From the NCBI GenBank assembly GCA_964452555.1, contig CAYVMI010000019.1, positions 6,288 through 70,287 on the forward strand: DNA of 64,000 nucleotides. The letters are read 5' to 3'. Origin of the DNA: an uncultured Desulfobacterales bacterium. GTDB taxonomy: Bacteria > Desulfobacterota > Desulfobacteria > Desulfobacterales > B30-G6. The position numbers and the translations under genes were made by a program. Positions 26,941-34,171 of this stretch are shown piece after piece. The notes below the pieces were generated by a model that saw nothing but the letters and a program-made list of their open reading frames with translations, had not been told where the DNA came from and did no database searches. The first letter of the stretch is position 1, and every line of letters starts with the position of its first letter.

Positions 26941-27714
26941 AACCCTCTGCTCCGCATAGCCAATATCGAGACACTCTATTTCGATCGGATCTATGCGTTG
27001 CACGGGCTTTCATTAACGATCCAAGAGCAAGAAATTTTCGCGGTACTGGGCCCCAATGGTGCCGGCAAGACAACGTTGTTAAAAACTATCGCGGGACTTT
27101 TGAAGGACCAGCCCAACAAAGGGATTATCGAATTTATGGGCAAGCGGATTCATCGGCGCCCACCCGAACGTGTTGCTAACCTCGGAATTGTTTATGTGCC
27201 CGAAGACAGAGGGCTGTTTCGAGAGCTAACCGTGAAAGAGAACCTGGACATCGGTTGCTGGGGAAGAAAAGGTAAGGAAGTACTGGACGACCTTGAATTC
27301 GTATACACCTTATTTCCGATCTTAAAAGAGCGTGGCAAACAGCAAGCCGAGACGCTATCAGGCGGGCAACAACAGATGCTTGCGGTTGCCAGAGCCATGC
27401 TGCGAAGACCCAAGCTGCTTATGCTGGACGAGCCTTCCTTGGGATTGGCACCTCTGGTTGCCAAGGATGTTTATGAGGCTCTGGTCAAGATCAGTAAAAC
27501 CGGAACAACCATTCTGTTAGTGGAACAAAATGCTAAAATGGCCTTAGGTATTGCCGACTATGGTTTTATAATGGAATCCGGCCGCATCGTCCTGGAAGGA
27601 TCTTCAACGGATCTTAAAGAGAATAAGGATGTCCAGGAGCTTTATCTCGGAATCGGACAAGACGATGAATCTTCCACCGGCTTTAGGCTGTATAAGAAAA
27701 GGAGAACCTGGTGA
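26905..27714 (+). CDS. livF: ABC transporter ATP-binding protein, LivF type
   Basis: Walker A GPNGAGKTT, signature LSGGQQQML, Walker B LLMLDEPS. The first roughly 13 codons are encoded by the AC-rich repeat, so the start is somewhat uncertain. Confidence 0.88.
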   Translation: MNLKKTTNSINANPLLRIANIETLYFDRIYALHGLSLTIQEQEIFAVLGPNGAGKTTLLKTIAGLLKDQPNKGIIEFMGKRIHRRPPERVANLGIVYVPEDRGLFRELTVKENLDIGCWGRKGKEVLDDLEFVYTLFPILKERGKQQAETLSGGQQQMLAVARAMLRRPKLLMLDEPSLGLAPLVAKDVYEALVKISKTGTTILLVEQNAKMALGIADYGFIMESGRIVLEGSSTDLKENKDVQELYLGIGQDDESSTGFRLYKKRRTW

Positions 27715-29507
27715 TGATGAACCATGCCGCCCATTTTCCGGATCTCTTTTTTACCCAAGTCAAACGATTGGGAGACAAGGTAGCACTTCGGCACAAGGAT
27801 TTTGGCATTTGGAATCGTATATCCTGGAAAGAATATGGGCAAAACGTACGTCTGGCCGCTGCCGGCTATTTAGCATTAGGGCTTGAACCAGGCCAACGCA
27901 TCTCAATATTAGGCGATAATCGACCCGAATGGTTGGAGTGTCATCTAGGATCCATGACAGCCGCTTGTGTCACGTGTGGTATCTATCCTACCTCCTCGCC
28001 TGAAGAAATCGAGTATATAGTTGAACATTCAGAGTCGAAAGTTCTTTTTGTCGAAAACGAAGAGCAAATCGAAAAAGTTCTTCAGATTATCGATCGATTA
28101 AACATTAAAAAAGTGGTTATATGGGATGAACAAGGGTTGTGGGGATTCAATCACCCGCGAGTCATCTTCTACAAAGATTTCATTAAAAAAGGCGCTAGCT
28201 TTCTTGAGTCTAATCCGAATGCACTAGATGACCGTATGGCCGCAATCCAACGGGATGACATTGCCATGATGATCTACACTTCCGGTACCACCGGGAGACC
28301 GAAAGGGGCCATGATCTCACATGAAAATATTCTGGCTTTAACGGGTTCTCTAGTGCAGGTCCTCGGTGAAAGAGATGATGACGAATTACTTTCTTACCTA
28401 CCGCTTGCTCATATTTACGAAAACCTCATTTCTGTTTTTCAGGCGGTATGGACCGGCGCAACCGTAAATTTTGTGGAAAGTATCGATACCCTGGCCCTGA
28501 ACTTGCGGGAAGTGTCACCAACCATATTTGCCAGCGTACCGAGACTTTGGGAAAAGTTTGTTTCCATGGTTGAAATCAAAATGTCCGATTCAACTATAGT
28601 CAAACGCGCGGTCTACAAATTGGCCATCGATATCGGATTGAAGCGCATGCGAGCGCAAGCAGGGTCATCTGAGCGGTTGTGGCTCAGCCTCATATATTGG
28701 CCACTATACTGGACGGTTCTGTATCACCTCAAACGACAATTGGGTATGGAACGCATCCGCTATTCCATTTGTGGCGCTGCTCCGGCCAGTCCTGACTTAT
28801 TTGAATGGTTTAATGCCATCGGTGTACCATTACGTGAAGGCTACGGCCAGACCGAATCCACCGGTGTTATTGCCATACAACGGGTTGATCGTCCGAGGGC
28901 CGGGTACGTAGGAGAGGCACTACCCGGTGTTGAAATGAAGATTGCGGAAGATGGGGAAATTCTCGCTCGAGGCAAGGGTGTTTTCAAAGGCTACTATAAG
29001 CAGTCGGAATTGACGGACGAAACTATTGTAGACGGGTGGCTGCATACAGGTGATGTTGGCACTATCGACAATGGTTTCTTACAAATCCTGGATCGTAAAA
29101 AAGACATTATTATCACGCGCGGCGGAAAAAATATTACGCCGGCCTTCATCGAGAATAAATTGAAATTCAGTTTTTACATCCAAGATGCCGTTGTGATTGG
29201 AGACAATCGCAAATACTTGACGGCCCTGATCTTGATTGATGAAGACAATGTCAATAAATATGCCCAGGACAATGCCATTCCCTTTACAACTTTTGCTGAT
29301 TTAACGCAAAATCAGGAAATCATTAAATTGATCGATAAGGAAATTCGTTCCATTAATGAAACCCTGGCCCGGGTGGAAACAATCAAGAAATTTCGTTTGC
29401 TGCCTAGACGTTTCTATGCCGAGGATGGAGATGTGACCCCAACCCAAAAGGTTAAAAGGCGGGCACTGGAGAAAACGTACGGGGAATTGATTGAATCAAT
29501 GTACTAA
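27711..29507 (+). CDS. Long-chain-type AMP-dependent acyl-CoA ligase embedded in the ABC operon
   Basis: YTSGTTGRPKGAM and GWLHTGDVG...DRKKDIIITRGGKNITP motifs. Start is GTG 27711 or ATG 27714, overlapping the livF stop. Confidence 0.9.
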   Translation: MMMNHAAHFPDLFFTQVKRLGDKVALRHKDFGIWNRISWKEYGQNVRLAAAGYLALGLEPGQRISILGDNRPEWLECHLGSMTAACVTCGIYPTSSPEEIEYIVEHSESKVLFVENEEQIEKVLQIIDRLNIKKVVIWDEQGLWGFNHPRVIFYKDFIKKGASFLESNPNALDDRMAAIQRDDIAMMIYTSGTTGRPKGAMISHENILALTGSLVQVLGERDDDELLSYLPLAHIYENLISVFQAVWTGATVNFVESIDTLALNLREVSPTIFASVPRLWEKFVSMVEIKMSDSTIVKRAVYKLAIDIGLKRMRAQAGSSERLWLSLIYWPLYWTVLYHLKRQLGMERIRYSICGAAPASPDLFEWFNAIGVPLREGYGQTESTGVIAIQRVDRPRAGYVGEALPGVEMKIAEDGEILARGKGVFKGYYKQSELTDETIVDGWLHTGDVGTIDNGFLQILDRKKDIIITRGGKNITPAFIENKLKFSFYIQDAVVIGDNRKYLTALILIDEDNVNKYAQDNAIPFTTFADLTQNQEIIKLIDKEIRSINETLARVETIKKFRLLPRRFYAEDGDVTPTQKVKRRALEKTYGELIESMY

Positions 29508-29534
29508 GCCGAAGTTTTATCCTAAATTCGGCTC

Positions 29535-29606
29535 GAGACTGTAGGCTGTAGGTTTTTAGACTGTAGGCAGCTGACAGTCTACAGTCTAAAAACCTACAGT
29601 CTAAGC
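29535..29606 (+). repeat. Intercistronic hairpin with a perfect 21-bp stem, apex GCAGCTGACAG
   Basis: 29546-29566 CTGTAGGTTTTTAGACTGTAG is the exact reverse complement of 29579-29599. The loop contains the same 11-mer as 3407-3417. Confidence 0.8.
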
Positions 29607-29623
29607 CGACTAACTGGGAGGCT

Positions 29624-30607
29624 GTGTTGGATCTAATCGAAAGTTACGCTGAAGAATTAAAGCTCATACGTAAAGCCGGCACTAAAGCCTGGGTATTTGC
29701 TGTCATTATTGCCTTATTTCTGCTACCCCTCTATGCACCTGAAGATTTTGTTTACGTTGCAACCATCATCGCCATATTTTCCATCGGTATTATCGGTCAA
29801 AACATCCTGATTGGCTATACCGGCCAAATCTCCTTTGCTCAGGCGGGATTCTTTTGCATCGGGGCCTTTGCTTTCGGGCATCTATACCGGGCTGGTGTAC
29901 CCTGGCCCCTGAGTGTATTAGCCGCCGGTATAATTACCGGATTTGTGGGTATCCCGGTGGGATTTCCATCTCTCAGGCTCAAAGGTCCTTACCTGGCCAT
30001 TGCTACCATGGGATTTGGCATTGCTGTGTATCAGATCTTCGTCAACACCCCCCTACTCTCCGGCGGACGCATGGGATTGATGATAACCAAATTAGAGCCG
30101 ATTTTCGGGCTCTCGACAGTCAATACGTATTACTATATCAATTTGATCATCGCTTCCATATTTACACTGGTGGCCTACAATATTGTTTCCTCATACATGG
30201 GACGCGCCTTTATCGCCATCCGTGACAATGACATTGCCGCTGAAGTTCTGGGAGTTAATCTGACTCGATACAAATTGATGTCTTTTGCCATTAGCTCTTT
30301 TTATGTGGGCATCCAGGGCGGCCTATATGCCTTATTTCTGGGCTATTTGGAACCTAACATGTTCACCTTTATGGAAACCATTACCTTTCTCGTTGCGGTT
30401 ATCGTGGGAGGGCTGGCTTCTGTGGAAGGTGCCATCATGGGGGCGGCCTTTGTAATTTTAATTCCGACGCGTCTTAGCGATCTGCGTGAATTTATTCCGG
30501 TTGTGTACGGTGTCGTCATAATTCTCATTCTGATATTTCAACCCGGCGGCTTGGCCGGCCTGTGGATGAAAATTCGGCTTTATTTTCGCAATTGGCCATT
30601 CCGTTAG
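29624..30607 (+). CDS. livM: ABC transporter permease, LivM type
   Basis: Polytopic hydrophobic protein with LivM-like sequence. GTG start with GGGAGG SD. Confidence 0.88.
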   Translation: MLDLIESYAEELKLIRKAGTKAWVFAVIIALFLLPLYAPEDFVYVATIIAIFSIGIIGQNILIGYTGQISFAQAGFFCIGAFAFGHLYRAGVPWPLSVLAAGIITGFVGIPVGFPSLRLKGPYLAIATMGFGIAVYQIFVNTPLLSGGRMGLMITKLEPIFGLSTVNTYYYINLIIASIFTLVAYNIVSSYMGRAFIAIRDNDIAAEVLGVNLTRYKLMSFAISSFYVGIQGGLYALFLGYLEPNMFTFMETITFLVAVIVGGLASVEGAIMGAAFVILIPTRLSDLREFIPVVYGVVIILILIFQPGGLAGLWMKIRLYFRNWPFR

Positions 30608-31103
30608 TTCTTTGAGTTTATTGTGTTTATTGAGATTATTGAGTTGAATAATGGGAATGTCGATAAAAAGTTTTGAAGAAATTGATGCATGGAAAGCATC
30701 TCGAACGTTGACCAGATTCGTTTATGGCGCAATCAAAAGCAATGAACATTTCAAGAGGGATTTCAGGCTTTCTAACCAAATTCAAGGTGCGGCCATATCA
30801 ACAATGTCAAACATAGCGGAAGGATTCTCAAGAAGAAGCAATAAAGAATTTATTCAATTTTTATTTATTTCTAAAAGCTCTGCTGCTGAAATACAAAGCC
30901 AGTTGTATGTGGCCCTTGACCAAAACTACATTGATGAAGACACATTTAATATGATTTACGCACAAGCAGAAAAAGTATCAAAGCTCAATTCTGGATTCAT
31001 TAAATATCTTCGCACAAAAATTTAATCGTTCGAAAGGTGGCTCAAACACATAGAATCGTCAACAAAACAAACACAATGAACTCAACAAACACAATAAACA
31101 CAT
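30608..31103 (+). other. IVS-like cassette 2: GT-rich left arm, four-helix-bundle ORF, AC-rich right arm, inserted between livM and livH
   Basis: Left arm 30608-30647 against right arm 31059-31103. An approximately 33-nt alignment has about 6 mismatches by eye. Confidence 0.6.
30651..31025 (+). CDS. Four-helix-bundle protein (23S rRNA intervening-sequence protein / Avd-like family), second copy
   Basis: 124 aa. By my count it differs from the 22546-22920 product at about 16 residues. Confidence 0.9.
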   Translation: MGMSIKSFEEIDAWKASRTLTRFVYGAIKSNEHFKRDFRLSNQIQGAAISTMSNIAEGFSRRSNKEFIQFLFISKSSAAEIQSQLYVALDQNYIDEDTFNMIYAQAEKVSKLNSGFIKYLRTKI

Positions 31104-31113
31104 AAGGTATCAT

Positions 31114-31998
31114 ATGGAACGCGTTCTACAGTATATGGTTTCCGGTCTCTCCCAAGGCAGTCTGTATGCATTGGTAGCAATTGGCGTAGTCCTCATCTAC
31201 CGATCCAACCGTGTATTAAATTTTGCACATGGTGATGTTACCACTGCGGGTGCTTTTATCGCGCTGGCCTTCATGCTCATGAACATGAACTGGTGGTTGG
31301 CCGCCATATTCGCTTTGGTTTTAGGCGCATTGATCTCCATACTGTTCTATTTCGTGATTTTAATTCCGGCCCAACGCCGTGAAGCTACCCATTTAGGCCA
31401 AGTTATCCTAACTTTGGGCTTCGGGCTTATTCTGCAAGGACTAATTCTCAGATTCTGCAATACGGCTGAACCGCAAAATTTTCCCTTCCCTCTTTCCGAT
31501 GTAAAAGTATTCACCTTCGGAAACATAATAATAAGCCATCTCAGTTTGGGTACGCTCATTGTAGGCATAGCAGGAAGCCTGCTTTTTTATCTTTTGATCC
31601 AGAAAACCCGGATCGGACTTGCCATGCGGGCCACATCCGAAAATCTTCCTGCGGCCCAGACCTTGGGCATTCCGACCCGGAGCATACTGGCGCTTTCCTG
31701 GGCCATGGCGGCTTTCACAGGCATACTCGCTGGATTATTTCTGGCAGCCCAACTTCTCATCGACCCATTCTATATGTTGGAACCTTTCTTAAAAGGGTTT
31801 GCTGCCGCTATCCTGGGTGGACTCAACAGTTTGCCCGGGGCCATTGTTGGGGGTTTACTCCTGGGGGTGGTGGAAGCCCTCTTCGGCGGTTTTATTTCGG
31901 TTGCTTTTAAGAATACGCTCGCATTTCTGATAATCATTGTTGTTTTGGTGTTCCGACCCGAAGGTTTGCTTGGCAAGGAATTTATTGAAAGAATATAA
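31114..31998 (+). CDS. livH: ABC transporter permease, LivH type
   Basis: Polytopic hydrophobic protein with LivH-like sequence. Confidence 0.88.
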   Translation: MERVLQYMVSGLSQGSLYALVAIGVVLIYRSNRVLNFAHGDVTTAGAFIALAFMLMNMNWWLAAIFALVLGALISILFYFVILIPAQRREATHLGQVILTLGFGLILQGLILRFCNTAEPQNFPFPLSDVKVFTFGNIIISHLSLGTLIVGIAGSLLFYLLIQKTRIGLAMRATSENLPAAQTLGIPTRSILALSWAMAAFTGILAGLFLAAQLLIDPFYMLEPFLKGFAAAILGGLNSLPGAIVGGLLLGVVEALFGGFISVAFKNTLAFLIIIVVLVFRPEGLLGKEFIERI

Positions 31999-32057
31999 AT
32001 GTATTTTTTCGTATAGTCATTACTGACATATTTTTCATTTGCTTTGGGATATTGGTA

Positions 32058-33332
32058 ATGGATGAAGCACGTTTAAATAGGGCGAAAAAATACCGCTGGT
32101 ACATCTTCTGGGTATTGGCGCTGGGATATGTATTGGTCTATTTTCACCGTCTTTGTCCAGCAGTTGTTGCTGTTGAGATGATGAAAGATCTAAATGCAAC
32201 CGGAGCTTTGACCGGCTTTTTAGGAGCAGCCTATTTCTATCCATACGCTGCCATGCAGTTACCGGCCGGTCTTTTGTCCGATTCCTGGGGACCGCGCAAT
32301 ACGATCACATTGTTTTTCAGCGTTGCTTTCATTGGTTCCGTCATCCTTGCTATGGCGCCTTCTGTTTCATTGGCAATTTTAGGCCGAACCCTGGTGGGGT
32401 TGGGCGTTGCGATGCTGTTTGTTCCCACTATGAAGATTTTGGCTGAGTGGTTTCATGCCAGAGAGTTCGCAATGATGACCGGCATTCTTATGGCCTTGGG
32501 CGGACTGGGTTCTCTAATTGCGGCGACACCACTCGTATGGCTCAGCAATTGGATCGGCTGGCGCCAGTCTTTCTTATTTGTGGGCATATTTACGCTAATG
32601 CTGGCCGTATTCGTTTTTATTATTGTCCGTGACAAACCCGCTGACAAAGGATTGCCGTCACCAGTAGAGACGGCGCAAACAGTCATAAAACCGATAGCAC
32701 TCATGGCCGGCGTTAAGAAAGTCGTGACGACTACATATTTTTGGCCGGTTGCCGTATGGTTCTTTTTTGATTGTGGCATATTTTTTTCCTTTGGCGGGCT
32801 ATGGGGCGGACCCTATCTTATGCAGGTTTACGGATACAGCAAAAGCCAATCCGGTCAGATCCTCTCCATGTTGGCCATCGGGATGATCGTGGGCAGTCCC
32901 TTGTTGAGCTATCTGTCAAATAACGTCATTAAATCACGCAAAAAGACAATTGTCCTATCAAGTTTGCTCGTTTTAATTCTGATGCTGCCGCTTGCCTTTT
33001 TTACGGCATCTATCCCTTTGATTTGGCATTATATCATTTGCCTGGGTCTGGGTATATTTTCCAGTGCCATCGTGGTGATCGGCTTTACTACAAATAAGGA
33101 GCTATTTCCGGTTCAAATGGCTGGCACCGCCACCGGCATGATTAATCTCTTTCCATTTCTAGGCGGAGCTGTATTTCAGCCGATACTGGGCTTGGTGTTG
33201 GAATTAAACGGCAAAGTGAATGATGCCTTCACACTGGCCGGTTATCGACAGGCGTTTCTAGTTTTATTCGCCTGCAGTGTCATCGCACTCATCTCCAGTT
33301 TTTTCTTAAAAGAAACGCTTCAGGACCAATAA
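32058..33332 (+). CDS. MFS transporter
   Basis: About 12 hydrophobic segments and a GLLSDSWGPRN motif-A-like loop. ATG at 32058 preferred to the TTG at 32052. Confidence 0.88.
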   Translation: MDEARLNRAKKYRWYIFWVLALGYVLVYFHRLCPAVVAVEMMKDLNATGALTGFLGAAYFYPYAAMQLPAGLLSDSWGPRNTITLFFSVAFIGSVILAMAPSVSLAILGRTLVGLGVAMLFVPTMKILAEWFHAREFAMMTGILMALGGLGSLIAATPLVWLSNWIGWRQSFLFVGIFTLMLAVFVFIIVRDKPADKGLPSPVETAQTVIKPIALMAGVKKVVTTTYFWPVAVWFFFDCGIFFSFGGLWGGPYLMQVYGYSKSQSGQILSMLAIGMIVGSPLLSYLSNNVIKSRKKTIVLSSLLVLILMLPLAFFTASIPLIWHYIICLGLGIFSSAIVVIGFTTNKELFPVQMAGTATGMINLFPFLGGAVFQPILGLVLELNGKVNDAFTLAGYRQAFLVLFACSVIALISSFFLKETLQDQ

Positions 33333-33349
33333 GCTGGCAAGTTTGGACG

Positions 33350-33421
33350 CTAGAAGGCCAGATAGCGCTTTTAGATCAGAGCTTGAGCAGCTCCCCGCAG
33401 GATAGCTACCCAGCTTTCTAG
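33350..33421 (+). repeat. Imperfect hairpin of CTAGAA/AGC words
   Basis: 33350-33366 against 33405-33421: 13 Watson-Crick pairs, 1 G:U, 3 mismatches. Confidence 0.4.
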
Positions 33422-33588
33422 AAAAAGTGCCCCATCAATCACTGTTATCACCAACCCCTTGAAATTTGGATAAGATAGTTTATATTATTAGAATCTTTGT
33501 TATTTTTATATATTGCTGAATCATGAAAAGTGAGCGACAGCTCACGTAATAATAGAATCGCCAGGCGGTTTTATTTAGGAGGAAAACG

Positions 33589-34044
33589 ATGAAACTCAAA
33601 CAGATCACCATATCGATCGAAAATGCACCCGGCAGATTATTGGAAGTAACTGAAGCCTTAGGCAATGCCGGAATCAATTTGCGAGCCTTAAACCTGGTGG
33701 ACACCGGGGCATTCGGCCAACTTCGCTTACTGGTTTCGGATGTTAAGAAAACGCGACGGATCTTGATGGATATGCAGGCCAGCGCTCGAGTCGATGAGGT
33801 CCTGGCCGTCGAAATTGAAGATAAACCCGGCAGTCTGGCTGCTATTTTAAAGCCATTGAAAGCCGCCAGCATCAACGTTCGCTACATGTATGCCTTTATC
33901 GGCTTATCATCGAATAAAGCTGTAATGATTTTCAAATTTAGTGACAACGACAAAGCGATCAAACTTATTCAAGAAATTGGTGTCAATATTATAGATGCAC
34001 AAACGTTTGGGATACTAGAAACCGGAAATAACGGAAACCAATAG
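33589..34044 (+). CDS. ACT domain-containing (amino-acid-binding) protein, tandem ACT
   Basis: Two ACT-like beta-alpha-beta-beta-alpha-beta units (ITISIENAPGRLLEV...; AVEIEDKPGSLAAIL...). Confidence 0.85.
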   Translation: MKLKQITISIENAPGRLLEVTEALGNAGINLRALNLVDTGAFGQLRLLVSDVKKTRRILMDMQASARVDEVLAVEIEDKPGSLAAILKPLKAASINVRYMYAFIGLSSNKAVMIFKFSDNDKAIKLIQEIGVNIIDAQTFGILETGNNGNQ

Positions 34045-34136
34045 TCAGGATACAGAAGACAGAATTCAGAAACTAAGCATGGGAAAGACTAAGAGATACA
34101 GCGCATTCTGAATTCTGTCTCCTGACTCCTGTCTTC
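34043..34136 (+). repeat. Hairpin of CAGAATTC/GACAG/TCAGGA words
   Basis: 34058-34071 GACAGAATTCAGAA is the exact reverse complement of 34106-34119. AGTCAGGA 34043-34050 pairs with TCCTGACT 34120-34127. Alternative registers are possible. Confidence 0.7.
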
Positions 34137-34171
34137 TAAATATTTTCACAAAAAAACCGTAGGACATCATA

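Noticed and set aside
1969-34136. Could the intergenic word repeats be CRISPR arrays or degenerate CRISPR remnants?
   Set aside because: There is no constant direct repeat alternating with unique spacers of fixed length. The repeats are inverted (dyad) and confined to single spacers, and no cas genes are present.
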